Source: Candidatus Latescibacterota bacterium
GTDB taxonomy: Bacteria > Latescibacterota > UBA2968 > UBA8231
Reading direction: 5' to 3'
Assembly (NCBI GenBank): GCA_965219385.1
Contig: CBDCNM010000002.1
Coordinates: 4,288,305-4,352,304, forward strand
DNA length: 64,000 nt
Shown: positions 30,695 through 44,369 of the stretch, piece after piece
Layout: each line of letters begins with the position of its first letter
How positions within the stretch are numbered: position 1 is the first letter of the stretch
Position numbers and translations under genes: made by a program
The notes under the pieces: generated by a model
The model's input: the letters and a program-made list of their open reading frames with translations, nothing else
What the model was told of the DNA's origin: nothing
Database searches by the model: none

Positions 30695-33600
30695 CTATTT
30701 CAGCAGGGTGATCTTTTTTACCAGGGCCTGCTTTCCAACGGTCAAGCGATACAGATACATCCCCGAGGCCACCGACCGGCCCTGAGCGTCCCGGCCGTCC
30801 CACACCAGGGTGTGCTGCCCCGCCGCCAAAGAGCGCTCCTGCGCGATCGTACGCACAACCTGCCCCCTGAGATTGTAGAGGACCAGCGAGACGACCCCGC
30901 GGGCCGGCAGATGGAACTGAATCGTGGTGTGGGGGTTGAACGGGTTGGGCGCGGCCCGCACACTGAACCGATAGCGCACCCCATTGCTCAGACCCGTCAC
31001 CGTGTAGCGGGTCGTCCCCGCGCTGCTGCCCGAAATCGCCGTCCAGTTCCGGAACCCGGTCCACCTCCCCTTCGCCGGATGGTAGCGATCCCCCCGATAC
31101 TGCCACTCGGTCACCGAATCATCGTCCAGATCGTCCCACTCCAGCGCCGCCTGCCCATTGCCCGCCGTCGCGGTCAGACCCGTCGGCTGATCCGGCAGCG
31201 GCGGATTGGGCGTCACCTCGGCGGTAGCCGAGCCGGGCCCCTCTCCGGCACTATTTTTAGCCCGCACGCTGAACCGATACCGCACCCCGTTGCTCAGCCC
31301 TGTCACCGTGTAGCTGGTCGTCCCCGCCGAGCTGCCCGAAATCGCCGTCCAGCCCCGGAACTCGGTCCACCTCCCCTTCGCCGGATGGTAGCGATCCCCC
31401 CGATATTGCCACTCGGTCACCGAATCATCGTTCAGATCATCCCACTCCAGCGCCGCCTGCCCATTGCCCGCCGTCGCGGTCAGACCCGTCGGCTGATCCG
31501 GCACGGCCACCACGTCCCGCAGGGTCACCGTCGCACTCGCCGGCGTGCCCGCACTCACCCCCGAAGGCAGCGACCCCAACCCCAGGCTCACCGTCTCATC
31601 GGCGCCGTCCCCGTCCACGTTGGCCGTGATCGTGAAGGTGCGGGTGGACTGGCCGCTGGTAAACGACAGCCGGCCCCCACTCAGCCCCCCCACCGTGTAA
31701 TCGCCCCCCTCCGTGCCCGAAGCCGCCGTCACCCGAATCGGAATGCTCACCGACCGGTCCGTCGCCGGCGACAAAACCACCCCCACCGACACCGCTGCCC
31801 CTCCCTCCGTTGCCTGGTACGAGGAGGCACTATAGGCCACCGTCAAGAGCGTCACCTCGGCGGTAGCCGAGCCGGGCCCCTCGCCGGCGCTATTTTTGGC
31901 CCGCACACTGAACCGATAGCGCACCCCGTTAGTCAGGCTCCCCACCGTGTAGCGGGTCGTCCCGGCGCTGCTGCCCGAAATCGCCGTCCAGTTCCGGAAC
32001 CCGGTCCACCCTCCCTGGTAGCGCTCCCCCCGATATTGCCACTGGGTCACGGTCGCGTCGTTCAAGGCATTCCAGCGCAACGACGCCTGCCCATTGCCCG
32101 CCGTTGCGGTCAGACCCGTCGGCTGATCCGGCTCGGCCACCACGTCCCGCAGGGTCACCGTCGCACTCGCCGGCGTGCCCGCACTCACCCCCCGAAGGCA
32201 GCGACCCCAACCCCAGGCTCACCGTCTCATCGGCCCCATCCCCGTCCACGTTGGCCGTGATCGTGAAGGTGCGGGTGGACTGGCCGCTGGTAAACGACAG
32301 CCGGCCCCCACTCAGCCCCCCCACCGTGTAATCACCCCCCTCCGTACCCGCATCCGCTGTCACCCGAATCGGAATGCTCACCGCCCGGTCCGTCGCCGGC
32401 GACAAAACCACCCCCACCGACACTGCCGCACCTCCCTCCGTTGCCTCGTAGCTTGACGCACTGTAGGCCACCGTCAGCAACACCGCCTCGGCCGGGGCCG
32501 ACGCCTCGCTCGGCCCGGCCGGATTCTCAGCCCGCACGAAAAACCGATAGCGCACCCCATTGCTCAGCCCTGTCACCGTATGGCTCGTCGTCGTCGAATC
32601 ACTGTCCGCAATCCCCATCCAGTCCTGAAACCCGGTCCACACATCCTTCGTCGGATAGTACCGATCCCCCCGATACTGCCACTCGGTCACCGTCGTATCG
32701 TGCAGCGCGTCCCAGCGCAGCGTCACCTGCCCCGCACCCGCCGTCGCCGTCAGATTCTGGGGCTGATCCGGCACGTCCCGCAGGGTCACCGTTGCACTTG
32801 CCGGCGTACCCGCACTTACCCCTTCCGGCAGCGGCCCCAGCCCCAGGCTCACCGTCTCATCGTCCGCGTCCGCGTTGGCCGTGAGCGTGAAGCTCTGGGT
32901 GGACTCGCCGGGGGTAAACGACACCGTGCCCTGACTCAGCCCCCCCACCGTGTAATCGCTCGCCTCCGTGCCCGCATCCGCTGTCACCGTGATCGGAATA
33001 CTCACTGCCCGGTCCGTTGCCGGCGACAAAACCACCCCCACCTCCACCGCCGCGCCCCCTTGCCACGCCTCATACTTCGACGCCCTATAGGCCACCGTCA
33101 ATACCACCACCTCCGGCAACTGCACCTCCCGCAGGGTCACCGTTGCACTTGCCGGCGTGCCCGCACTCACTCCTTCCGGCAGCTCCTCCAACTCCAACCC
33201 CAGACTTACCGTCTCATCGTCCTCGTCCTCGTCCACATTGGCCGTAATCGTGAAGGTCTGGGTGGACTGACCGCGGGTAAACGACACCGTGCCCCCACTC
33301 AGCCCCCTCACCGTGTAATCGCTCTCCTCCGTGCCGGCATCCGCCGTCACCGTGAGTGGAATACTCACCGCCCGGTCCGCCGCCGGCGACAACACCACCC
33401 CCACCTCCACCGCTGCGCCGCCCTCCGTTGCCTCGTAGCTTGACGCACTGTAGGCCACCGTCAGCAACACCGCCTCGGCCTCGTTCGACGCCCGGCCCGG
33501 CCCCGCCCTATTTTTGGCCCGCACATTGAACCGATAGCGCACCCCGTTGGTCAGATTCGGCACCGTGTAGCTCGTCGTCCCTGCGTTGCTGCCCGGAATC

Positions 33601-36600
33601 GTCGTCCAGTCCCGGAACCCGGTCCACACATCCTTCGTGGGATGGTGCCGATCCCCCCGGTATTGCCACTCAGTCACCGAATCATCGTTCAGATCGTCCC
33701 ACCCCAGCAACACCTGCTCATTGCCCGCCGTTGCCGTCAGAACCGGCGGATTCGGCACGTCCAGCAGGGTCACCGTTGCACTCGCCGGCGTGCCTGCACT
33801 CACCCCTTCCGGCAGGGTGCCCAACCCCAGGCTCACCGTCTCATCGTCCCTGTCCGCGTCCTCGTTGGCCGTAATCGTGAAGGTCCGGCTGGACTGGCCA
33901 CTGGCGAACGACACGGTGTAGGCGTCCGCCTCCGTGCCCTGAGTCAGCCCCCCCACCGTGTAATCGCTCTCCTCCGTGCCGGCATCCGCCGTCACCGTGA
34001 GTGGAATACTCACCGCCCGGTCCGCCGCCGGCGACAACACCACCCCCACCTCCACCGCTGCGCCGCCCTCCGTTGCCTCGTAGCTTGACGCACTGTAGGC
34101 CACCGTCAATACCACCTCCGGCAATTGCACGTCCAGCAGGGTCACCGTCGCACTCGCCGGCGTGCCCGCACGCACCCCCGAAGGCAGCGGCCCCAGCCCC
34201 AGACTTACCGTCTCATCGTCCTCGTCCACGTTGGCCGTAATCGTGAAGGTCTGGATGGACTGGCCGCTGGTAAACGACACCGTGTAAGCGCCCGCCTCCG
34301 TACCCTGACTCAGCCCCCCCACCGTGTAATCGCTCGCCTCTGTGCCCGCCTCCGCCGTCACCGTCAGCGGAAGGCTCACCGCCCGGTCCGTCGGCGGCGA
34401 CAACACCACCCCCACCTCCACCGCTGCGCCGCCCTCCGTTGCCTCGTAGCTTGACGCACTGTAGGCCACCGTCAATACCACCTCCGGCAATTGCACGTCC
34501 AGCAGGGTCACCGTCGCACTCGCCGGCGTGCCCGCACGCACCCCCGAAGGCAGCGGCCCCAACCCCAGGCTCACCGTCTCATCGTCCTCGTCCTCGTCCA
34601 CGTTGGCCGTAATCGTGAAGGTCTGGATGGACTGGCCGGGGGTAAACGACACCGTGTAAGCGCCCGCCTCCGTACCCTGACTCAGCCCCCCCACCGTGTA
34701 ATCGCTCGCCTCTGTGCCCGCCTCCGCCGTCACCGTCAGCGGAATACTCACTGCCCGGTCCGTTGCCGGCGACAACACCACCCCCACCTCCACCGCTGCG
34801 CCGCCCTCCGTTGCCTCGTAGCTTGACGCACTGTAGGCCACCGTCAGCAACACCGCCTCGGCCGGGGCCGACGCCTCGCTCGGCCCGGCCGGATTCTCAG
34901 CCCGCACGAAAAACCGATAGCGCACCCCGTTGGTCAGGTTCATCACCGTGTAGCTCGTCGTCCGGGCCGGGCTGTTGTCCATCCTCGTCCAGCCCCGAAA
35001 CTCGGTCCACCCTCTGCGTGGGATGATACTGCTCCCCCCGATACTGCCACTCGGTCACCGAATCATCCTCCAGATCGTCCCACCCCAGCAACACCTGCCC
35101 ATTGCCCGCCATCGCCCGCAGATTCTGGGGCTGATCCGGCACGTCCAGCAGGGTCACCGTTGCACTCGCCGGCATACCCGCACTCACCCCTTCCGGCAGC
35201 ATCCCCAACCCTAGACTCACCGTCTCATCCTCCTCGTCCTCGTCCACGTTGGCCGTGATCGTGAAGGTCCGGATGGACTCGCCGCGGGCGAACGACAGCG
35301 TGCCCCCATTCGAGCCCCCCACCGTGTAATCGTCCTCCTCCATGCCCATGCCCTGCATCAGCCCCTCCACCGTGTAATCGTCCTCCTCCGTGCCCGAATC
35401 CGCCGTCACCGTGATCGGAATGCTCACCACCCGGTCCGTCATCGGCGACAGTTTCACTTGCACGGAGACCGCCGTGCCCCCTTCCTGCGCCTCGTAGCTC
35501 GACGCACTATAGGCTACCGTCAGCGGCTGCACCGCCGTGCTGCCTCGCTGCTCTGTGGACCAGGGACCGATGCCTTCATCGTTCTTGGCCCACACCCGCA
35601 CCCTGTATTCGGTGTTAGAAGCAAGCCCGGCGAGGGTCGTGCTGCTCGTGGGCATGCCGTTCTCGATCTCGATCTCCGTGGAAGACAAAGGTTCATGTCC
35701 AAACATAGTACAAACATCGAAGTCGGATGGACAGGCTTCCACACGGTATTTGCTGAGGGGCGGGCCGGTGTTGACCGGCGGCATCCAGCTTACCACCAAC
35801 TCCTCATGCCCATTGGTCTCCGCAGGTTCCACCGTCACATCTGTCGGCACCCCCGGCGGCTCGTCCACGTCAATGATATTGATCATCACACTGATCGTGG
35901 CGTCTACCGCGGTGCTGGGTTGGCCCGCTTCATTCTTGCCGTCGCTCACGCCCACCGTCACCGTGTGTTGCGTGGCCGCCTCATAGCTCAGCGTGGTCGA
36001 CGTCGCGCTCTCACTCACCGTAATCTGGCCGCTGCTCTCATTGATAGCGAACAGGTCGCTGCCCGTCAGCGAATAGCTCAGCTCATCGTCCTGGTTGCTG
36101 TCCTGCGCCGTCACCGGCGCCCCCACCTCAGTGCCGGCACCGCTGTTCTCCGCCACCTCGCGCTCCAAGCCTTCCTGGTCAAACGAGGGCGCCGTGTTGC
36201 TACCCAGCTTACCCGAAGGCCTGGCCGAACGCTGCGCCGATGGTAGCCCGGCACCGACGGCGTTGACCGCCCGCACCTCGAAGGTGTACTGGGTGCCGTT
36301 GGTCAGGTCGGACACCGTGTGGCTCGTGGGGTTGCTGCCCCCTATCTCCGTCCACGCCGACCAGGCGGCCCTGGCCCCGAAGCTAATGTACCGATACTCA
36401 TACGCCGTGATGGTCTCATCCTCCGGGTCGTCCCAGAACAATTCCACGCGCCCGTTGAGCGGATTGGTGCTGAAATTGGCCAGCGTGGCCGGCGTCGCGT
36501 TGAGGACCAGGAAGTAATCGAACGCGGCCGTGGGGGCCCCCTGGGCACCGCTAGCGCTGCCGACCCCCACCACCCCGTCCGCCGGCGCCCCGAGCGAAAC

Positions 36601-39600
36601 CGCCGTGTGCGTCAGCTCGCCGTTGACCCACACCCATACCTGCTCGAGGCCAACCTCCACCCGCACGCTATACCAGGTCTCGGCCTCCAACGCCACCGTT
36701 GTGCCTTGAACGACCTCTTGGCCATTACTAGCTCGTGTAGACAGCTGCACCAAATCCTGCGCCGCCGACAACTGCACCCGGAAGGAGTCACTTTGACCGG
36801 CCTGCATGTACAGCACCTGCCCAGCCGCCCCCCGAACCCGTGTCTCCACCGTATAGCTCGTACCGTCGATCCGCTGGTACGACCGCGTCGAGCCCTCTGC
36901 ATGGGCGGCCACCTGGTAGGTGCCCTGAGCGGCCTCCCCACTCCAGGTGCCCACCGCCCCGGTCCAGCCGCTACTGACCCGGCCGTGGGAAAAATACTCC
37001 TCCAGCGCCAACCGGCCCCGGGCCTGGCCCGCCCGCTCCGTGCCCCCATACCGGCCCAGGTCAATACGCCTTCCCTCCTCGGCGGGAAGGTCGCTGACGC
37101 CGGGCGTGCCCAGGTCCAGCCCCGGCGAGTCGGCCTGGAGGGTGTAATCGCCCATGGCGGCATCCCTGAACTTCGGGGCGCTCCACAACGCCCGCCGCGT
37201 GCTGGCCACCGTCCCGCTCAGGTCCGCATCGCCGTTGGCATGCCCCAGGTAATAGTCTACCCTCACTACCTCCTCCGCCTTCTCCGAAACAGCCCCCTGG
37301 GCCACCACGCCTCCCCCGGGAAAACCCGACGCGATCGTGTTGCGCACCACACCCGACGTCCCCCCCTTGAATTGAATCCCCTTGCCCCGGTCGCCTCCGG
37401 TCGAGTGCAGCGTGTTGTTGACGATCTGGGTGTTATCACTGCGCTGGCCCCACACCTGGATCTTGTAGGGGCCACTGCCGGTGAACAGATTCTGTTCAAT
37501 CCGCGTGCCCGAGGCCCGTTCGATCTGAAGGCCCCGACGACAGCCCTCGATGGTGTTGTTGCGAATAACATTGCCCCGGGGATCAAACCGCAAGCTGCCC
37601 GAATTGCCCTTGATATGAAGCCCCAGATCGCAGTTGCGGATGCGGTTGCCCGTCCCGATCGTGGCGCCCCCCAGGGTCCACTCCACCGTCTCCAGATGCA
37701 CTCCGGTCGTGGCCTTTTCGATGGTGCAGCCCTGCACCACCGAACTCGTGGTGTGCGTCAACGGATCGCCATACAACACCAACCCGCCCCACTTCGCATC
37801 ATCCGCCGACTCATCGGCCGAGGTGAACGTCACCCCCTCGGCGATCAGCGTCCCATACACCACAAGCTCGGCCTTGGTTGTATCCAAGCCCGAGGCCATC
37901 ACGTCTCCACTCCCGGACAGTCGCACGGTCGTGTTGGGATTGATCGTCAACGTCACCCCCTCCTGAATCGTCACGTCGCCGCCGACATACACCGTGCCGC
38001 TCCAGGTCGTGTTCCGCTCAAGCGCGCCGGCCCAGTAATTGAGATAGATGTCCACCTCGGCATAGTCGCCCTCTAAAGCATCGCGATGGATGCGGATATT
38101 GCGGAACGCCAGACGGGCGGGAGCGATAGGGTTACCACTCAGGACATAGCGCAGATGCGTCAGGTCCGTCGCCTGTATGACCGTCGGCCGATGCTCGCTC
38201 CCCGGCAGCGGAGGAAACGGGCCGTCCTGCTCCACGGCCCCAAACGGATCGGACAGGCGGTCCTGCCATACGTAGGTATAGTTGGCATCCCTCATCCTCA
38301 TCGGTTCCGGTTGCTCCGGTCGCTGCCGGGCATCGAAAATCGAGCGGCCATCCGCCGGAATGAGCATGGCATTGATGGAGCGTCCAGCGGCCATCCGTCG
38401 CCACAGGAGCAGACCCGGCGATTGAGTAAACTGGTGCCAGCCGGTATACTGACCGAACCCACTAACCGTGCGGAAATCCAGGAGGTAGTGCTGACCGTTG
38501 ACCCCCTCAATTACGTAGAAATGCCCCGGCCCCGGCTCGATGCGCTGGTTGAGGGTGGTCGTCGTGATGTCCACACGGGTATTCCACCCTAAATCCATCC
38601 GGAACAAGGGATTGAAGGGGTTGGGACAAGAGCGATATTCCGCGGTAGACCCCCCATCGCCGACCATTTCGGGCCCATGGGCCCCGCTCTGCATAGAGCC
38701 CCACCCCGACAGGTTGGCCCCGCCAAACTCCACGGTCAGGGTTTCCCCGCCAGACATGTAGCTGTCCCCCGTTGTTTGACTTGTGTACGGGTTCGTCCCA
38801 ACCCATGCTCCACTGGGATGATCAAAGCCCAGCAGGTGGCCGATTTCGTGGACATGGGTCCCTATACCCGCGAACTCGTCGACGCTGTGGTTGTCTCGGT
38901 CGTCGCCCCAGCCCTCGCGCTCGCCCATCACGTAGCGGTAGCCGACTTCATCGGCAGAGGGCGCACTGGGCCATGTAATCTCGTCCGCTTGCGGATGGAT
39001 CAGACTGGGCGGGCTTCTGAGGTAATACGTGGGCCCCGAATGCAGGTAGAGCACCTTGTGGCGCAAGCGGCGCTCTCTGTTGTAGGAGTTGTTGGGGATG
39101 TCGTACTCCTCCATGTCCGGTATGTCCGGGTACCAGATGTCCACCGAGTCCTGCGCCGCCCGCTGGGCGTCGTCCCAGAAGGCGTCTTCGTCAACTGAAT
39201 TAATATTAATCCCGGCATAATGGGCCTTGGTTTGCGGCAGCTCGACCCAGCGGGGATCGTCTCCATCGGCGGGATTGATCAGGCGAACCCGCAGCTCGAA
39301 GGCCCCGCTGGAGACCGCATCGAAGTAGGCCCGCACACTGCCGTAGACCTCCGGCAGCATATGCCCGTTGCCCACCGTCTGATGGGTGCCGACAAAGTCC
39401 GGCAGATCGTCATAGCCGCCGCTGAACAGCCGCTCGAAATCGCGCCGGGTGTAGGATCATTTGCATCCTCTCCGGGGTTGGTACCGTAGGGCCGGTCGTG
39501 CAGGTGATAGTCGTAGCCGCCCGCTCGCTCCGTCGCATCGGCAAAGGTGACCAGCACCACATCCAGCGTACAGGGCGTGTCCCAGGTCTGCGGCCATTGG

Positions 39601-39665
39601 GCGCCGAGGGCAGTGGCCCAGAGCAACGACGGCAGGGCGGCAAGGAGAGTGCGTCTTGTCCTCAT
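30695..39665 (-). CDS. Giant (~3000 aa) secreted M6-like metalloprotease/adhesin with beta-helix, Fn3, cadherin-like and Calx-beta-like repeats and a FlgD-Ig/T9SS-like C-terminal domain; split by three frameshifts
   Basis: Signal peptide at 39665; HEIGHLLG zinc motif; repeated Fn3 (YRFxVRA) and TVAYSASSY..EGG units; PNPFNP...WDGRD..G..VASG.Y.YRL tail; frameshifts near 39450, 35010 and 32190. Confidence 0.85.
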
Positions 39666-40444
39666 TGGTCGTCTCTCCCCCCCGTCGAGTGCGCCAACAG
39701 TGACTGCTTCACCTGACCCCAGGACGACGACGACGAGGCCGTGGGGATCAGCGCGTCTTCATACTCCACCTGAGTGCCCCCCAAGACCGCGTAGAGGGGT
39801 TTTACTTCGTTGATGAATAGGGGATAATCGGTCCCGAAAATTGCCCAACCACAGCTACTGATGCCATAACCCGCGAGAAAGTTACACGCCCGTCCGCCTT
39901 CGCCATTACCATAAAACCCAAACGCATACCATGGCACAGGATTGAGGCCTGCTACCACCGTGACCCGGTTGTCCCCCTCCACGGTCGGGATATCGTATTC
40001 CGTCTCATACACATCCAGCCCCTCATAGATGTAATTCGTCGAGGGGCCGTAGCCCTCGGCGGTGCCGTCGAAGCGATAGAGGGCTTGCTCGCCGCCGGTG
40101 TACTCCATCAGGTGGGTGCCCGCCCAGCGCAGCTTCTTGCCAGCAATGAAATGCGGCGGTGCCGGCGGCCAGAACGCCGGCATGTCGCTGAGTACGTAGT
40201 AGGTCTTGTCGTCAATCTCCTCCGTCCGCTCCACCGTGATCGTGAGCTGGCGCTCCCGATCCGCGTACGTGGACCATTGGCTGTAATCGGAGTCATAGTC
40301 GCTGTACCTATGGTAGTAGGTCCACGAGTTGCCCACGGCCAGGGGCAGGTAGTCGGCCACATCGTCGTCCGTGGCTGTGGCCGGCTGCGCCCCGCTCAGG
40401 CCGAGTAGGGCCGTTAGAGTGAGGTGGATTGTCTGTGTTCGCAT
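39662..40444 (-). CDS. Secreted protein with PLAVGNSWxY domain and C-terminal SWGQVK motif
   Basis: Own RBS and signal peptide (MRTQTIHLTLTALLGL) inside the fused 562-aa ORF; ATGA overlap with the giant protease. Confidence 0.75.
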   Translation of the reverse strand: MRTQTIHLTLTALLGLSGAQPATATDDDVADYLPLAVGNSWTYYHRYSDYDSDYSQWSTYADRERQLTITVERTEEIDDKTYYVLSDMPAFWPPAPPHFIAGKKLRWAGTHLMEYTGGEQALYRFDGTAEGYGPSTNYIYEGLDVYETEYDIPTVEGDNRVTVVAGLNPVPWYAFGFYGNGEGGRACNFLAGYGISSCGWAIFGTDYPLFINEVKPLYAVLGGTQVEYEDALIPTASSSSSWGQVKQSLLAHSTGGRDDQ

Positions 40445-40479
40445 GGTACTGTCCTCCATCATTGAGGGATGGGTAATGC

Positions 40480-41350
40480 GTTTGCTGGGGTACCAGATGT
40501 CCACCGAGTCCTGCGCCGCCCGCTGGGCGTCGTCCCAGAGGAGGTGACGCATACGTGGATCATCCCGGTCAATTTCGGCATAATGGCCTTTGGTTTGCGG
40601 CAACTCGATCCAGCGGGGATCGTCTCCATCGGCGGGGTTGATCAGGCGAACCCGCAGCTCGAAAGCCCCGCTGGAGACCGCATCGAAGTAGGCCCGCACA
40701 CTGCCGAAGACGGTCAGGTTTTCCGTAGATTTACCTGGTGCCGTATGGGCTATGGTACCCGTATAAGCCGGCACCCCCTCGTACCCCCCGTTGAAGAATT
40801 GATTGTACAGGGCCATCGTGTAGCCCCAGGATTGATCGTAGTCGGCGTATCTGCTACCTCCCGAAGCCTGGTCGGCAAAGCTGACCATGACTACATAAAT
40901 GTCACAAGGGTCATCATCCGTACAGGGCGCGTGGGCAGGAGCTCCGAAACGCCCCGTGGCCCCTTCTTTTTGGGGAATTCTGACATACCCTCGTGCGATA
41001 CGCTCGGCCTGGAGCGCCGCGCGCCGGGCGTCGCTGCGCTGGAGGTGCTTCTCGATGCCGTGGGTTGCCGGATCGTCAATGCCGACTTTGGCACGTGAAG
41101 CCCGATATTCGCCCTTGCTGTCCAGTTCGGCGTAGTACAGGTAGTCATCGGTTGGACTATCCACGAACGCGTACCCATCCGCAGTGACCCAGTTGATCTC
41201 GAGTTCGTCGCCGAACACACGGGCGCCAAAGATCGTGCCGTCGGGCTGGGTGAAGGGCACCACCTGGTTGACGGTTTTGGCCTGAACATGGCCGGCGCTT
41301 GACCCCAACGCGATCAGCACCCACAAAAGCGCATATCGACTTTTCATCAT
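40480..41350 (-). pseudogene. Truncated N-terminus of a second M6 protease paralogue
   Basis: Signal peptide and QPDG..F.....GDE propeptide; about 40490-40710 nearly duplicates about 39130-39345; ends before any HExxH. Confidence 0.75.
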
Positions 41351-42105
41351 TTCAGATCTCTCATTTCAAACAGGTGAATGAATTCTTGCTTCAAAACGCC
41401 CCACGACAACTTCCTTACCGAAGTGTCCCAAAAGATGCAGGGCGATTCCTCTCTCGCAGCCAATACCTTTGCCGTCGGATCGTTCCAGAAGTCCCACTTC
41501 TCACCATTTATGACCGCTTCCCGCGCGTGAAGGCCAGGAGCATACGTCATACCAAAGTTTTCAAGGAATTCCACCTCTCTACCACGCAAGGGATCATTAA
41601 ACCGAAAACTAAAAGTGCGAAGGGAGTCGGCATGTATAGGGCAGCCTGCTTTGCGAGGGAGGCCCGGAAGAAGGGCGTGGGGGACTACAAAAACCAATGT
41701 ATCTGATTCTGTTTCGGGAATGGCGTAGCTGTAATCCCCCCCCTCGTTGACCGGGTATCCGCCGAACCGGTATAGCGCAACGTCCCTGTCCGGTTGGCGA
41801 AACAGGAGACGATCGCCTTCCCAACGCACCTTCTTTCCCGCCAAAAAGAAGTAGTCCACAGGGGGGTCCTCATACGGCATGTCGCTGAAGACATGGTAGG
41901 TATGCCCTTCAATGTCTTCCGTGTGGGTAATGCTAATGGTTACACGTCTATATCCTTCCTCACCAAAAAAATGCGAGTAAAACCAACTATTCCCGACCGC
42001 CAACGGCAGCATTTGGTGGATTTGCTCGTCGGCCTCGGCCCAGGACGCAGCCCACGACAAACCCCAGCCAAGTAGAACGACAGCACTCCACTTACACAGC
42101 TTCAT
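41347..42105 (-). CDS. Secreted protein with PLAVGNSWxY domain and C-terminal SWGVLK motif
   Basis: AAGGAG RBS and signal peptide; paralogue of 39662-40444 (shared SDMP and AGKK.RW.G). Confidence 0.8.
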   Translation of the reverse strand: MKLCKWSAVVLLGWGLSWAASWAEADEQIHQMLPLAVGNSWFYSHFFGEEGYRRVTISITHTEDIEGHTYHVFSDMPYEDPPVDYFFLAGKKVRWEGDRLLFRQPDRDVALYRFGGYPVNEGGDYSYAIPETESDTLVFVVPHALLPGLPRKAGCPIHADSLRTFSFRFNDPLRGREVEFLENFGMTYAPGLHAREAVINGEKWDFWNDPTAKVLAAREESPCIFWDTSVRKLSWGVLKQEFIHLFEMRDLK

Positions 42106-44369
42106 GGGGTTCTCCTTTTTGTTGTAATAAGAAATTCTAGCGGTATACGTGATCCCCAAATACAATTCAAACCACGTGATCGCGGCCCCTCCGGATCGGT
42201 CGCCCTATAGGTGGCCACCGCGTCCGTGCCGTTCTCGGCGAAAGACACCGCCGTGGGCCCGCCCGTGATTACCGGCGGCTCGTTGACGTCGATGTCCCGC
42301 AGGGTCACCGTCGCACTCGCCGGCGTGCCCGCACGCACCCCCGAAGGCAGGGTGCCCAACCCCAGGCTCACCGTCTCATCGTCCTCGTCCTCGTCCGCGT
42401 TGGCCCTGAGCGTAAAGGTCTGGGTGGACTGGCCAAGGGTAAACGACACCGTGTAAGCGCCCGCCGCCCCCGCACTCAGCCCCTCCACCGTGTAATCGCC
42501 CGCCTCCGTGCCCGAATCCGCCGTCACCGTCAGCGGAAGGCGCACCGCCCGGGTCGCCTGGGCCGACAAGGCCACCCCCACCTCTACCGCCGCGCCCCCT
42601 TCCCGCGCCTCGTAGCTCGAGGCCCCATAGGCCACCTGCGGCTGGACCGGGGTCGCCCGCACGGCCTCCGTAGACGCCCCCAGCCCCGCATCCATTTGCG
42701 CCCGAAGCTTGAAGCGATATTCTACTTGGGCAACCATAGACATGCCGCCCTCGTACTCAACGGGCTTATGATAAAGATAGAGGTTTAAATTACGCTCCGC
42801 CCCAGGATCACTGGCCGTCTCAGGCCACGTGTCCTTCCAGCGCAACTGAAAGTGAACAGTACCTGGTGGCAAGAAGACCTCGTTGCCCGTGGCATCGGTA
42901 TCATCATCAAACTCCAGGAAGTTATTATTATTGTCAGCAATAAAGCTAATTTCTGAGTTTGAAAACCACGTGCGCTTCGCATCATTTCCCGCCCCATTGA
43001 CCCAGATAATTCCGGCCTCCACGGCGGCGTTCACCGAGTTCAGCGGGCTTCTCGGATTCATTGATGTCCCGTCGCCCGGCCCATCCCATGGGGTACCCGC
43101 TGAAAAATTGATGACCTGGACCCCCTCACCGATCATCCAGGCAACGGCGTCATTCCTTTCCGCTGGTGAGGATGTATCCGATATGTAAAGAGACACGTTG
43201 GGCGCGATACCGAGCAGGGCCTCCGTGACAACGGTGCCGTGGTCGGTGTTATTGGCGCAGTCTGAAACGTTGCTACTTGGATCCTCATCCTCACCGCGGT
43301 GGCATCGTGCCATGACCGTGACCGTGGCCGTGTCCACCATGGTGCTGAAGTCTTGGAAGCCTCCGTCGATCACGCCCACGCGGATGCCTTCGCCCTCGAT
43401 GCCGGCCCCGTGCCACGCCGTTGCCCCGTGCTTACTGGCGGGCGTATCCTCCTCGGAGGAGCCGTTGTTCTGCAGAGGGATGGACGGATACACCTTCTCG
43501 ATCCTGAGGACGCCGGCTTGTTCGGACAGGCGCACCAGCAGCGACACGGGCACCCGAGCCCAAAGCAGCCCCTGAATGACGCTTGCGCTATCGCCCTGCC
43601 AGGTGTCCGCAGAAATGCCCTGGTCTGCGAGAAAGCGGGCCACCGCGTCAACCCGCGCGGGCGTGTCGGTTTGAATTTTCACCCGGACGGAGGGGGCCGG
43701 CGGCGCCGGGCTCCGCGCTCCTGATCGCCCTGTCGGGCGTGCGTCCTCGTAGGCCTCGACCCGATCACTGAGCGAACCCAGCTTGGGATACCGGTACGGC
43801 CAGGGCAGACCATGCACGGTCAGGCCGGTCAGACCCGACAGCGACGACGCTTCCGTGAGCGGGGTGAGCGCCAGATACAGATCGGTCAGACGGGTCAAGC
43901 CCGACAGCGACGACACCTCCGAGAGCGGGTTGCCTTGAAGATTCAGATAGGTCAGGCCGGTCAAGCCCGACAGCGGCGACACATTCACCACCGCGTTGCC
44001 CGACAGACTCAGCCACGTCAGGCCGGTCAAGCCCGACAGCGGCGCCAGGTCGGAGATGGCGTTGCTGTTTTCCCAGGGCCATTTCCTGGGGCCCGGCCCC
44101 AGATCCAGCCGGGTCAGGCCGGTGGCCCATTCCAACCCGGTCAACGCGACGATGCTCGCATCCGGCGCCTCCAGGACGGTCAACCGCGCCAACGCCACCG
44201 CGGGGATCGGCGCCCCCTCCGACAGACCGAGGCTATCCTCCAGCACCGCCCGCAGCCTGGGATCCGGCACGGTCACAACTTCCTCCGGGGCAGGGTCGGT
44301 CTGCGCCCCCCCGGCCGACAAGCTCAGGTAGATGAATCCGAGGGCAACGAAAGTCCTAACGCTGAGCAT
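42102..44369 (-). pseudogene. LRR + propeptide + S8 subtilisin-like protease + Fn3/Calx-beta/cadherin fragments; internally deleted and truncated
   Basis: VGVIDGG (Asp), DHGT (His) and AGND (oxyanion Asn) are present; no GTS catalytic-Ser motif; cadherin-like domain breaks off. Confidence 0.75.

Noticed and set aside
39662..41350. 562-aa ORF as one genuine protein
   Set aside because: An internal RBS and second signal peptide at 40444 indicate an accidental in-frame fusion after a deletion.
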